NCBI RefSeq assembly: GCF_004010195.1
Contig: NC_057719.1
Location: forward strand, 29,054,556-29,114,324
Direction: 5' to 3'
Length of the DNA: 59,769 bases
Origin: Chiloscyllium plagiosum
Lineage: Eukaryota
The position numbers and the translations under genes are program-made. The notes below the pieces were generated by a model. It ran no database searches. It saw only the letters and a program-made list of their open reading frames with translations, and had not been told where the DNA came from. Below, in pieces: positions 12,230 to 25,463 of the stretch. Numbering within the stretch: position 1 is the stretch's first letter; each line of letters opens with the position of its first letter.

Positions 12230-15114
12230 AAAACATAGAACATAGAAAAGTACAGCACAGAACAGTCCCATCGGCCCATGATGTTGTGTGAGGATTAATT
12301 CTAATGTAAAATAAAATAACCTTACCTACACACCCCTCAATTCACTGCTGTCCATGTGCATGTCCAGCAGTCGCATAAATGACTCTAATGACTCTACTTC
12401 CACCACCACCGCTGACAACACATTCCATGCATTCACAACTCTCTGCATAAAGAATCTACCTCTGATGTCTCCTCTTTACTTTTCTCCTAATATCTTAAAA
12501 CTATGACCACTTGTGCCAGTCAATCCTACTCTGGAGAAAAGTCTCTGGCTATTGACTCTATCTATTCCTCTCATTGCCTTGTATTCCTCGATCAGGTCAC
12601 CTCTCTTCCTCCTCTCCAGAGAGAAAAGTCTGAGCTTAATCAACCTCTTTTCATAAGACAAGCCTTCCAGTCCAGGCAGCATCCTGGTAAACCTTCTTTT
12701 CACCCTCCCAAAGCCTCTGTATCTTTCCTATGGTAGGGCGATTAGAATTGAACACAATAATCCAAGTGTGGTCTCACCAGGGACTTGTAGAGCTGTAGCA
12801 AAACCTTGCATCTCTTAAACTCGATCCCCCTGTTAATGAAAGCCAAAACACCATATGTTTTCTTAATAGCCCTATCCACTTGGGTGGCAACTATGAGGGA
12901 TCTATGCACTTGAACACCAAGATCCCCCTGTTCCTCCACACTGCCAAGAATCCTGTCTTTAATCATATATTCAATATTCAAGTTCAACCTTCCAAAATGC
13001 ATCCCTTTGCATTTATGCAGGTTGAACTCCATCTGCTATTTCTCAGCCAAGATCTGCACCCTGTCTATGTCGCACTGCAGCCTGCAGCTCCAACCTTTGT
13101 GTCATATGCAAATTTACTCACCCACCCCTCAAACTCATCATCCAAGTCATTTAAAGAGCAGAGGCCAAGAACAGAGCCCTGTGGGACACCACTCAACACT
13201 GACCCCCAGGCAGAATACTTTCCATCTACAACCACTCTCTGCCTTCTGTTAGCCAACCAGTTCTGAATCCAGACAGCCAAGTCTCCCTGTATCCCATACC
13301 TCCTGACTTTATGAATGAGCTTACCATGGGGAACTTTTCAAATGCCTTGCTGAAGTCCATGTATACCACATACACTGCTCGACCTTCATCAACCTGTCTT
13401 GTCACCTCCTCAAAGAACTCAATAAGATTTGTTAGACATGACCTCACAAAGCCATGCTGACTGCCTTTAATCACACTATGCTTTTCCAAATAGTCATAAA
13501 TTCTCAGAATTCTTTCCAACACCTTGCTGACCACAGACATAAGACTGACTGGTCTGTAATTGCCATGGATTTCCCTATTAACTTACTTGAAAAGAGGAAC
13601 AACATTCGCCTCCCTCCAATCCTCTGATATGAATCCCGTGGAGTGTGCAGAAGCAAAGATCTTCGCCAGCGGCTTAGCAACCTCCTTGCTCACTTCCTGG
13701 AGCAGCCTAGGATAAATCTGCTCTGGCCCTGGGGACTTATCAATCTTACTGTTTGCCAAACTTTCTAGCACATCAACTTCCTCAATCTTGATCTTTTCAA
13801 GCCTGTTTGCCGCTCCTCATAGTTCTCATTCACAACAAGGTCCCTTTCCTTAGTTAAATCCGAAGCAAAAAATTCATCCCCTATCAGCTCAGACTCCACG
13901 CACAAGTTCCCTCCGTTATCCCTGACAGGCCCTACCTTCTCCCTGATCATTCTATTATTCCTCACATATGAGTAAAATGCCTTTAGGTTCTCCCTAATTC
14001 TTCCTTCCCGAGCGTCTCCTGGCTCTCCTCAGTTCATTTCCGAACTCCATTCTAGTAAGCCTGTAATCCTCTAAAGCTGTGCTCNNNNNNNNNNNNNNNN
14101 NNNNNNNNNNNNNNNNNNNNNNNNNNNNNNNNNNNTTAATCTTACCCCTTCTTACCTGTCTCAGAGGAATAAATTTGTGCATCACTCGCAACAACTGCCC
14201 CTTAAACAGTCTCCACATGTCTGCTGTGCCCTTTCTGTGAAACAATTGCTCCCAGTCTGTACATCCCAACTCCTGTCTGATAATGTCATAATTTCCTTTT
14301 CCCCAATTAAATATCTTTCCTTGGTAGCTGCTCCTTTCCCTCTCCAAGGCTATGGTAAATGTGAGGCAGTTGTGGTCACTGTCACCAAAGTGTTCTCCAT
14401 CCATGGGATCTGACACCTGTCCTGGCTCATTGCCAAGTACCAAATCCAAAATGACCTCTCCCCTTGTTGGCCTGTGTACATACTGAGTAAGGAAACCTTC
14501 CTGAACACAACTGACAAAAACAGCTCCATCCAAACCATCTGTACTAAGGAGGTTGCCCCTTAGGTTCCTTTTAAAAGTTGAAGTCACCCATAACAACAAC
14601 CCTGCTACATCTACATTTTTCCAAAATCTGCTGGCCTATCAGTTTTTCAATCTTTCTACTGCTATTAGAGGGTCTGTAGAAAACACCCAATTAAGTGGCT
14701 GCTCGCTTGCTGTTCCTAACTTCCACCCATACTGACTCAGTAGACAAACCTTCCTCAACAACCTTTGTTTCTGCAGCTATGATGCACTCTCTGATTAGCA
14801 ATGCTACACCCCCTCCTCTTTTTCCAATCTCCATGTTCTTTTTAAACGTTCTAAACCATGGAACATCTAGCAGCAAGTCCTGCCCCTGTGAAACCCATGT
14901 GTCCGTTATGGCCACAACATCATAGCCCCAAGTACTGATCCATGCTCTCAGTTCATCACTCTTATTTTTGACACTCCTTGCATTAAAGCAGACACACTTT
15001 AACTGATCCCTTTCTTTAATCACGTGGGAAACCTTCCCGATAGATTCACTACATCCTGTCACTGCCCCATCTATAACTAACCCCCTCTCAGATGTGTAGC
15101 TCTGATTCCCACCT
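12230..15114 (-). mobile_element. CR1 (HER1-like) LINE, ORF2 endonuclease + RT, decayed
   Basis: LKCVCFNARSV (APE), GDSDHN, YMDFSKAF, SGVPQGSVLG, KFAYDTK, LVRPHLDYCVQF; (AACATAG)n tail; 5-bp TSD ATGAT (12225-29 / 15115-19). Confidence 0.9.
14085..14135. other. Assembly gap (51 N)
   Basis: Run of n inside the CR1 element. Confidence 0.99.
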
Positions 15115-16054
15115 ATGATCCGATGTTGTTATTCTTGAATACACTTTTATTCAGGCAGCCAAAGGCTGCACTAGTGCACTGGAAGAGATGCTGGAACTCT
15201 TCATCAATAGCTGATTTGGCCAACAGGACATTTCCAAGGTATTGGAAGATGTCATCATTCTCTAAGGCCTCCCCATACATACTGATGATCGGGGGTTTGC
15301 TACACAAAGCCAGGCCAGATTGATGGAAGACCTTTGCCTTGCAGATATTCAGGGGGAGACCCAGGCTCCCACATGCCTCCATAAAGGTGCTGGTGATCAT
15401 CTGGCATATGTACACTGAAATTGCACATACTCGAGTATCATCTGCTTACTGCACTTGATCACACTGGTTGGATGACTTTGATTTTGGCTTGAAGGAAGTG
15501 GAGGTTGAATCATTTCCCAAAGGTTCCATAAGTTAGCTCCACTCCAGCAGGGCGCTTGGCAGTGAGATGAAGCATTGCAGTGAGGTAGATTAAGAACAAT
15601 GTTGGGGCGATAATGTAGTGCTTGACACCAGTCCAAACTGGGAAAGGGTCAGTAATGGACCGATTTGTCATTGCCTTGACTTCTGTGTTGTCATGGACAT
15701 GAGGTGAAGGATGGTGACAAATGTCATGATGCAACCAAAGACTCCATAATGCTTCCTGAATGATGGTGTCAAAAGCATTTGTAAGGTCGAAGAAGGCCAT
15801 GTAGAACAGTATGTTTTTTTCCCTGCATTTCTCTTGCTGCTGTCCTGCTGTGAAAATCATGTGCAGTCTCACTAATGCTCTATACTGCTGCAGCAAGACT
15901 TCCCTACTTTTGCATTCTATTCCTTTATGAATAAATGCCAAATTACATTTTCTTGCATATTACAGGTTGAATCTGCATACTAGTTTTCTGTGATGCATGC
16001 ATGAGGGCACCTGTATCCTTCTTCACTAAAGCACTTTGAAATTTCTCTCTATTT

Positions 16055-16720
16055 AGAGTCAAAGCATCATAGAGAAATACAGCACAGAAACAGACCAATG
16101 GTCCAACTTGTCCATGCTGGCCAGATATCCAAAATAAATCTAGTTCCATTTGTCAGCATCTGGTCCATATCCTCTAAACCTTTCCTATTCATATACCCAT
16201 CCAGATGCCTGTTAAATGTTGTCATTGTACCAGGCTCCATTATTTACTATTTCAGGTTATTCTATATGCGCACCATGCTCTGCATGAAAAGGTTGCTCCT
16301 TAGGTTCCTTTTAAATCTTTCTCCTCTCACCTTAAACCAATGCCCTCTAGTTTTGGACTCCCACACAATGGGGAAAACACCTTGTCTATTTATCCTATTC
16401 ATGACTGTCATGGTTTTATAAACCTCTACAAAGTCACCCCTCAACCTCCAATGCAGGGAAAATAGCCCCAGCCTATTCAGCCTCTCCCTATAGCTCAAAC
16501 CCTCCAACTCTGGTAACATACTTGTAAATCTTTTCTGAACCCTTTCACAGTCACAACATCTTTCCTACAGCAGGGAGACCAGAATTGCACACAGTATTCC
16601 AATAGTGGCCTAACCAATGTCCTGTACAGCCACAACGTGGTCTCCCAACTACTATACTTAATGCACTGATCAATAAAGGCAAACATACCAAATGCCTTCT
16701 TCACTATGCTATCTACCTAT
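16055..16720 (-). mobile_element. 5'-truncated CR1 LINE 3' end
   Basis: LYRTLVRPLLEYCVQFWSP, LSYRERLNRLGLFSL, RLRGDFVEVYK plus CR1 3'UTR. Confidence 0.85.
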
Positions 16721-17169
16721 ATAACACATTGTTTTTCTGTTCATTTGACCAAAATGGATAACCTCACATTTACCATTTTGAACTTCATCCGCCAAAGTTT
16801 GGCCCATTAACCTAAGCTATCCAAATCCATTTGTAAATTTCTTATTTCTTTATTGCAACTTGCTTTCCTACCTATTTCAGGTAGGATACTCACTTGTATC
16901 CAGTGAGTTTTGAAATATTATAATCAATGGATCCACTATCTCTGCTGGTACCTCTTTTAAGACCTATAAGGATGTAATCTACCAGACCCTGGGGACGCAT
17001 CTGTCTTCAGCTCCAATAATATGCTCAGTACATTTTTCCTCGTGACGATGATTGTTCTATCCTCCGATTCTATAATCTCTGCATTACATGTTACTATCAG
17101 GATGGTACTAATGTCCTCCACAATGAAAACTGAAAAAAGAACAATACTGATTTAGTGACTCTGCTACTT

Positions 17170-17486
17170 TTAGATTAGATTAGATTACTTACAGTGTGGA
17201 AACAGGCCCTTCGGCCCAACAAGTCCACACCGACCCGCTGAAGCGCAACCCACCCATACCCCTACATTTACCCCTTACCTAACACTACGGAGAATTTATC
17301 ATGGCCAGTTCACCTGACCTGCACATCTTTGGACTGTGGGAGGAAACCGGAGCACCCGGAGGAAACCCACGCAGACACGGTGAGAATGTGCAAACTCCAC
17401 ACAGTCAGTCGCCTGAGGCGGGAATTGAACCCTGGTCTCCGGCGCTGTGAGGCAGCAGTGCTAACCACTGTGCCACCGTGCCGCCC
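17170..17486 (-). mobile_element. Young full-length V-SINE (HE1-like)
   Basis: A box TGGCACAGTGG, B box GGTTCAATTCC, conserved core, (AATCT)n tail, CpGs intact; near-identical to 58212-58523. Confidence 0.93.
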
Positions 17487-18429
17487 ACTTCTCCCCATTA
17501 TTAACTCCCCAGTTTCATCCTCCAATGAACCAACATTCACTTTAGTTATTCTCTTCTATTTTCCAAACATGCAGAAGCTTTTGCTTTCCATTTTTATATT
17601 TTGAGCTAATTTTCTTTCATAATTTACCTTTGCTCTTTTTGTGATATTTTGTTGATCGTAAAAAATTTCCCAATCTTCCAGTCTGCCACTTGCCTTTGCC
17701 ATATGTTATCCCTAAGTTTTTTTTCTTTATGATAACTTTAACTTCCTTAGCCATGGATGTTTCTCTGTTTTCTTACACTCTTTTGCTTCTCTGGAATATA
17801 TTTTATTTGGGAGCAATTGAGTGTCTCCTTTGACATATGCCAATCATCATAAACTGACCAGCCTTTTAGTCTTCCCATCCAGTCCACTAGGGCCACGTTT
17901 GTCCTCATGCCAATGTAATTACCTTCGTTTATCTCCAGAATACGAGAGTGAGATGCCAGTTGCTAGTTCTTCTAACTGCAATTGACATTCTAGCATGGTA
18001 TAATCACTCTTCCCTAGAGAAATCAAACACAGGGTCTTTGCTATGAGATCACTAATTAATCGCACCTCATTACCCACATAACAAATCCAGAAAAGCTTGC
18101 TCCCTGATTCGTTCCTATTAAAAAGTGATCTGGTAAAAGGCAGATTTTTTCTGAGTTAAGGATGTCTCCTAGTATACACTTGTTCAGTTCATGAATACTA
18201 TGAAAACACTAATCATGGACAACACTATTGAGATTCAACTGACATTTTAGTACCCAATACTTTCATGGATGAAAATTATGCTTGGAGATGGCAAGTACTG
18301 ACGTAACATCGCTGTTGTGATCATCTGATTGCAGATCGAGAGAGCCCAGGGAATTCATATGTAATACACTAAACCAGTTGCACCAGATACACATTCCAAC
18401 CAAAGACAGTGAAACCAGATCTCTGGGTC

Positions 18430-20275
18430 AGCACCTCACATTTATCTAAATGAAATTCTATCTGCCCAATCCTCAGCCCATTGACCCATCTGATCTAAAT
18501 CTCATTTACTCTGAGGTAAGCTTCTTTGCTGTCCACTACACCTCCAATTTTGGTGTCATCTACAAGCTTATTAACCATGCCTCCTGTTATGGATCAGACC
18601 AGACCCCCTCAAAATGTTTTAAGAAGGTGACCCAGATCCTAAGTTTTTTTAATGCAGATAAAAAGTAGACATTCCAGGAGTCAAACCACTCAGCTTTAAA
18701 TAAAACAGAGTTTATTTAAACATTATGGATGAAACACGAACAAAAGAAAACAGAATTTAGAAAATCTTAACTTATTTGCTAACTCAGCAACACAATATTG
18801 AACTTAACAAAACTGCTGTAATCCCTGTAACATCCTATAAACACACTCCTTGGCAAAAGGTAAATTCAAAAACAGACTCTTATAGGCAGGATAGTATTCA
18901 AAGAGAAAGTTCAGACAAGATCTCTGTTGAAATATGAAATGTCTTTTTAGTGTAGCTGCTTCTCTAGGTCCTCAGCTAAAACTAAGCCAAACTAGAGAAC
19001 TGACCCCTCCCCTGCCATTGTTTTCAAGTAGATACTTCCAGGCATATCAGCTTTTACGACCCCACTTGAAAAGAACCAAGGTCAACATGACCTTGTTAAA
19101 GGAGCAGCATCATCACCCTCCCATGTTCACATCCAACCATTTGTATAAGTGATGAAAAGCAAAGCACGCAGCACTGATCCTTGTGACCCACCACTGGTCA
19201 CCAGCCTCCAGTCTGAAAAGTAACCCTTCGCCACTACCCTCTGTCTTCGACCTTCAAACCAGTTCTGTATTCAAATGGTTAGTTCTCCCTTTACTCCATG
19301 TGATCTAATATTGCTAACCAGTCCACCACAAGGAACCTTGTCGAACATCTTACTGAAGTCTCAAATCTTTCGCTATGAAGGCCAACATACCAGTTTCCTT
19401 CTTGATTGCCTGCTGTTCCTGCATGCTTACCTTCAGCAACTGTTGTATGAGGACACCCAGGTATTGTGGAACAGTTGGCTCTCTCCATTCATAGTCATTC
19501 AGATAATAATGAAACTTGCTGCTTTTGCTACTAAAGTGAATAACCTCACATTTATCCTCATTATACTCCATCTGTCATGCATTTGTCCACTCACTGAGCT
19601 TGTTCAATCATGCTGAAGCATCATTGCATCTTCCTCACAGCTCATACTCCCACTCAACTTTGTATCATTTGAAAATTTGGAGTTATTACATTTAGCTCCC
19701 CCATTTAAAATCATTAATATTCATTGTGAATAGCTGGGATCTTAGCACTGATTCCTGTGGTACCCCATTAGTAACTGCCTGGCTTTCCTACTCTTTGTTT
19801 CCTAACTGCTAACCAGTTTTCTATCCATCTCAATATACACTACTCCATTCCCATGCGCTTTAGTTTTGCACACTAATCTCTTATGTAAAACCTTATCGAA
19901 CGTCTCCTGAAAGTATAAACAAACTGCATTCCACTGGCTTCCCCTCATCAACTCTACAAGTTAATTTCTTGAAGAATTCCAATAGATTAGTCACGCATGA
20001 TTTCTCTGTTGTAAATCCAGGCTGACTGTCTGATCCTGCCACTGTATTCTAAGTGCTCAGCTATGAAATCTTTTACAACAGACTTTAGCACTTGCCCCAT
20101 TACTGATGTCAGACTGACACATCTATAATTTTTGGATTTCTCTTACCCTCACTTTTTAAATAAATGGGTTACATGAGCTTTGCTTCGATTTGTACAGACT
20201 GGTCCAGAGGATTTGGAATCCTGGAAGATGACGACCAAAGCATACATTATTTTTAGGGCTACTTCCTTAACTACT
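18430..20275 (-). mobile_element. Two adjacent CR1 RT fragments (~18430-19345, split by a solo LTR, and ~19365-20275)
   Basis: RT motifs on minus (LVDDTKIGG, DFSKMFDKVP, DKCEVIHF). Confidence 0.65.
18585..19117 (-). mobile_element. Solo LTR inserted in CR1
   Basis: Similar to 20597-21207 in reverse; TSD CTCC (18581-84 / 19118-21); host CR1 is contiguous once it is removed. Confidence 0.85.
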
Positions 20276-20596
20276 TCGGTAAAGCTAAATTCCTTGACGT
20301 TGAAAGAAGTAAAAGGGGCAGTTAGGCACTTAGAGATGAGTTACACCTGAAAGCCAGAAAAACAAATGGTGGAACTGATGAGAGTGAAACAGATAAATTA
20401 AAATTGGAACAGAGAATCCAAAAATGGAAAAAAAAGAGGTGGGAATGAAAAGAAGAAAGACATTTCAAAGAAAGGGAAAGAAAAGGTAAGTTTAAATTGA
20501 ACCAACTTGAGCTGAGAAAGAAAACTGAAGGTGGCTCTGCTGAGGCAACCATTCCCAACTTAGACATAAGGACTGAAGTATTCAAGTTTGCTCATT

Positions 20597-21207
20597 GGTG
20601 ACAATGCTGCTCCTTTAACAAGGTTATGCTGTCCTTGGCTATTTTTTTCAGAGAGGTTGTAAAAGTCTGCAGTTGAAGGGTTTCAGGGCTAGTTTGATAA
20701 TAGCTAACTGATAATACCTCAAACAGAAGGCTTTCAAGTTTATAAAACAAACACTTGTACAATGAAAGAGGCCAGTTCTCCCAGTTCAGCTTTTCTCTAG
20801 TCTGGTTTGGTTTTTAGCATGAGTGTGGAAAAAGCTGCTGTACTCAAAGAAGCAAGTCCAAGCTGGTACTCTCTCTCTGACATCTTTCCTGTAAGACCCT
20901 GTGTTTGATTTTATCTTTTGTGACAAGGAGTGTTTATGAGGATTATTGCAAGTATTTGAAACATCCTCCTTAATTTAGGATGATCTGTTGAGTTTTCAGA
21001 TAGGTTACATTATTCAGTATTCTGTTCTCTTTTGTTTGTGTTTCATTCAGTAATTTTGTAAATAATTCTGTTTTGCTTAAAATTAAGTGGTTTGATCAGC
21101 AGCATCTCTCCTGAATATCCACTTTACACCTACTTAAAACAACCAGCAAAGTTATGGTCTGGGTTGCCTTCCTGAAATGTTGTGAGGGTATGGCCTGGTC
21201 CATAACA
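20597..21207 (+). mobile_element. Solo LTR
   Basis: TSD CATT (20593-96 / 21208-11); ends ggcctggtccataaca like the Gmr1-like LTRs. Confidence 0.85.
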
Positions 21208-21359
21208 CATTAAATCCAAAGATTTTGTGCAAAAGAGTTGGATGTTTTCTTTATCTCTTTGAAAGCTTAGCACAGCAGTTAAAGTGGCCAGAACAGCAAT
21301 GGAAACTGCTATTGTCAAGCAGACTGATGGGGAAAGCTCACAAAGTTTACTGCCTCTTA

Positions 21360-22085
21360 TGTTATGAAGTTGTAAGTGTACTTTACCTTTAAGACAGAAT
21401 GAAAGCTGACACGGACCTAGAAAAGCACAGAGCGTGTTGAAAACTTTACAAATGTAACATTCAGCTATGAAACACATAGCTGAGCTGAGTTGATATGTTA
21501 CACAACAAATTTGCATTCGGCCAATCAGCTTAAATTATGCCCTAAGATAACAAAATCCAAATGAATTTGAATTTTATTGTTTTGATGACATCAACCAATG
21601 AGATGATCCCATGTTTTGGGGTATAAAATCAGGCATTTTGAACAGTTGGCCAGAGTGGCAAAGAGCACCAACAAACACAGACTTCCTGTAGAATCGCTCT
21701 CTGAAAAGTACCTATCGATGCAGCAAAAGACCAAAGAAAAGACCCAGAAAAGTCTATAGAGGAAGGTACAAAGGAGTCATGACACAGCTGACTGGTTTTG
21801 AACTTCGAATTTTTTTGTAAAACTTAATTGGGAGGGTTTTATCGGATTGGTATAGTTTTGTAGAGTGTGAGGTAGATAAATTGATCAGACAAAGGAGGTT
21901 TACAATGTATATAGTTGTTGTTTAATGTTCTTTTTTTTCTTGGAGTTAAGGAATAAATTGTTTTTTTTCTTTAAATAGTGGGGTTTGGTGCTTTGTCATT
22001 CATACTTTTATAGATTATAAGGTGAGGTGAGTTTTTTGGTGTTTCTGGTTTAAATTAGCAGAAGAGTTTACCCTGTGTCATAATA
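21360..22085 (+). mobile_element. Solo LTR, family B
   Basis: Homologous to 2308-3230; near-TSD CTTA/TTTA; gag relic resumes after it. Confidence 0.8.
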
Positions 22086-22272
22086 TTTACCTGAGAAGAT
22101 TGTCACTGACTTTGAGGCAGTGAATCAAAATATTTCAAGTGAGTACCAGCTAGTGCTTGAGGTTTATAGCAGGCAGAGAAAACTGCTCCTGACTGTTCAA
22201 AGAAGGGAATGAATTGGGAGGCAGATGGGAAACCGCTCCAAGTGCTTCTACTGAAGGAAACGAGATTGGCTC

Positions 22273-22740
22273 TAGAACATAAAACATTACAGTGCAGTAC
22301 AGGCCCTTCAGCCCTCAATGTTATGCTGACCTGTGAAACCAATCTGAAGCCCATTTAACCTACACTATTCCATTGTCATTGATATATTTATCCAATAACC
22401 ATTTAAATGCCCTTAAAGTTGGGAGTCTACTACTGTTGCAGGAAGGGCGTTCCACACCCTTAGTTCTCTTTGAGTAAAGAACCTAACTCTGACATCGGTC
22501 CTATGTTTATCACCCCTCAATTTAAAGCTATGTCTCGTAGTGCTAGCCATCACCATCCAAGGAAAAAAGGCTCTCACTGTCCCCCCTGTCTAATCCTCTG
22601 ATCATGTTTTATGTCTCTATAAAGTCACCTCTCAATCTTCTCTCTAACAAAAACAGCCTCAAGTCCCTCAGCCTTTCCTCATAAGACCTTCCCTCCAAAC
22701 CAGACAACATCCTCATAAATCTCCTCTGCACCCTTTCTGG
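22273..22740 (-). mobile_element. CR1 LINE 3' end
   Basis: CR1 tail and ORF2 C-terminus (RSYEERLRDLRLF, LRGDFIETY-like). Confidence 0.75.
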
Positions 22741-24089
22741 GTAACACCAGGCTCTGGTGTTCCGCAGAAACTAAATCTGCAAAACCTATGTCTGCAGCAT
22801 TAAAGGGTAGTCAGTATCTACATGGGCATAACTGTTGACCAGGATAGCTTTTAGAAGTTTGTATCCAAGGTGCTTACACAACAATTGAGAGAAATCAGCA
22901 TTCTCCTCGAAACCAGATGCTCACAGACCTTGCTAGTTAGAAAAAAAAATCCCATTTGAAAGCAAGTTATATTTCAGTGTGCAGTCAAAAGCGCTCATGG
23001 AAAAGAGTATAAAGGTGCCACCAATTAAAGAAAGTATATTTGATCAGGGTCTGGTAACAGTAGGGGGTAAGCTAAAAGTATCCAATGTCAGGGATAGATA
23101 TCATACTGGGGAATGATTTGGCTGGTAGGCTTCATGTTATAATAATCACTAAGTTCTATTTCCTCATGTATATCAGGACATGAGGTTGCATAATATTTCT
23201 GCCTACTGCACTTTGTGTCAATTCAGCTTATTTAGTAACAATCAAATAATGTGGTTTTGAGCTTTCGGCTACAATCTGTATTCAAATTGTATTGCACTAT
23301 TTTCCAATGCTGAGTGTTTGTGTTCTTTCTCTCACCATTCTCCAGGTGAGGTAGTAAATATCACTTAACATCTATGCTAAAAAGAAATGCAAGAAGTTCT
23401 CTTGATAGTTTAGCAACATTTTTCAACAGCAAATGCTACTAAATACTTAATAACTTTTCATTCATTGTGTATAATATTGATAGTATAAAACTGCTTTCTC
23501 CTTTCACAAGTTGCAAACTTCTAAGCATGTTATTCATACCCTGAGGATTGCTTTGAGGACAGCTCTTGTAGTATGATGCTATCTAAATGCAACTCTTATT
23601 ATAGTAAAGTTGTCAACCCAAATTCCCTTAGTGTTCAGTATTTATCCTTAGCTTCCTCTTCAAACTCAGTATTCAAAGCTCCTGCAGTCTGCTTCAAGTG
23701 ATATTGATAATGCTTTAAACTATGCAATGTGTTTCATTTCATGTACAAGTTGAGGATGACTGAGTTCCCATTGTTCAAGAAAGTGAATGGTACTTTAACA
23801 GTAACAAGACATATTTGTCTAGGTGGTTACAATATTATTAGAATCATCATTTGTGGAAGTTGTAACACAACGTATTATGCAAAACATCTTTATAAATGGG
23901 CTAGAATTCCTGTATTTTTCTCCAGTCCTTGAAGATGCATGAACTCCTAACCTTTAAATCTTTAAACAACCAAAAAAAGTGAACTATTTTCTTTGTGACC
24001 TTCAATACTTATTGTAATCGTAATTTATAAAGAATTGACACATCTACAGTGTTCATTTGTAGTGCTCCAATACGTATTTTTCTCCTCTC

Positions 24090-24630
24090 CTGCTAGCAAT
24101 TCTACCTGCAACAGATCATCCCCAGTTAATTATTTGCCAACTCTAACGTAAAGTAACTGCCAAACACCTCTTCTTCTCTCCTTTCAGTTGTCTAAAAGGA
24201 AGTTTTGCTCTGTGATATCCAACTCCCCTTCTCCCATCACTCAAGTGCAAGTGCAGGAAATGCAACATACATCCTTCCATGTCCTCCTGCCATCGAAGGC
24301 CTCAAACACCCCTGCCAGGTGAATCAGTGATTTCCTTATACCTCTTTCAGTTTACTATGCTGTATTTGCTGCTCACAATATGGCATTCACTACACTGGGG
24401 TTGACAAAAGTAAACTTGGTGAATCTTTATAGAACATCTCTGTACAGTCAAGTCCACAAATATGAATCTGTGCTCCTGGTAACTTGTAATCTTGATCCTC
24501 CATCACATTCCTGCTATAACCTCAGCCTTATATGTGAGTCCAATGAAGCCCAAATTAATATTGAGGGAATAGTACTTCATCTGTCAGTTAGGTACTGCAG
24601 GCTCAGCACTGATTTTTAATAACTTTAGCT
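24090..24630 (+). pseudogene. Penelope-like element GIY-YIG endonuclease relic
   Basis: Frameshifted translation follows the PLE endonuclease pattern: CKCRKCN..., IEGLKHPCQVNQ.FPYTSFSLLCCICCSQYGIHYTG (VYCI.C..C...YIG), EHL, NEAQINIE, F.LGT, FNNF. Confidence 0.65.
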
Positions 24631-25154
24631 TATAACCATTGGTCCTAATTTGCATTTGTGAATCCTGTTCTTCAGGACTTCCCAAAAGTGGAGGTCAGGG
24701 ACCCTAAGTGGGGTCATAAGCTGAAATTTTGGATCTGTGGACTCTAAGGCAGCAAACCTGTTTGAATCATTTTACCACACTTTCTCACACTCCTATTCAC
24801 ACAGGGTCTCATGCACTTTTGCATACATAGTCACTTAAGAGGGCAATGTCTCCCGCATTTGTTGATGGTAAAATGACACTGGGATGTAACAACATATTAG
24901 GCACAATTCTATAGTTAAGGCCAAGTTATATTTTGCTGGCCAACTTATTAAAGGGCACTATTTCCTTGCTGTAAGTACTTACGCTGTGAGGTCAATTTGG
25001 AGTTATTTGCTGCTGAAGGAAATTTGTATAGTCACAGTTGCTTATAAATTCTAGCTCAAGAGTAACCTTGGCTGTTTTCCTTTCATTCTTTCAACAGTTC
25101 AAATTGTGAATGACTCAAATCATACATAATTATAGATACACATCGATATAGATG

Positions 25155-25463
25155 GGGCGGCATGATGGCTCAGTGGTTAGCACTGCTGCCTCACAGCACC
25201 AGGATCCCAGGTTGAATTCCAGCCTCTGGTGACTGTCTGTGTGGAGTTTGCACATTCTCCTCACGTCTGCATGGGTTTCCTCCAGGTGCTCCAGTTTCCT
25301 CCCACAATCCCAAGATGTGCAGGTCAGGTGAATTTGTCATGCTAAATGGTGTTAGGTGCATGAGTCAGAGGGAAATGGGTCTGGATGGGTTACTCTTCGG
25401 AGGATTGGTGTGGATTGGTTGGGCTGAAGGGCCGGCTTCCACACTATATGGAATCTAATCTAA
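25155..25463 (+). mobile_element. V-SINE (HE1-like), older copy
   Basis: A/B boxes, core and AATCT tail with CpG decay. Confidence 0.9.

Larger units (their letters stand above)
11592..15862 (-). mobile_element. RTE-clade LINE, 5'-truncated, split by a CR1
   Basis: MIFTAGQQQEKCREKNILFYMAFFDLTNAFDTI, FQYLGNVL and SAAFGCL are RTE-type RT motifs; 3' part lies at 11592-12229. Confidence 0.8.
11061..18120 (-). mobile_element. Old CR1-type LINE (host of RTE, CR1 and SINE insertions)
   Basis: 3' tail at ~11061; ORF2 pieces resume at ~15863 (MAFIHKGIECKSREVLLQQYRALVR), ~16721 and 17487 (VGSLEDETGELIMG). Confidence 0.7.
20290..23130 (+). pseudogene. Older Gmr1-like gag/protease relic fragmented by two solo LTRs and a CR1
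   Basis: Pieces EVFKFAH, LAQQLKWPEQQWKLLLSSRLMGKAHKVY, SEYQLVLEVY and GIDIILGNDLAG are colinear with gag/PR of the 4647-10894 element. Confidence 0.65.
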
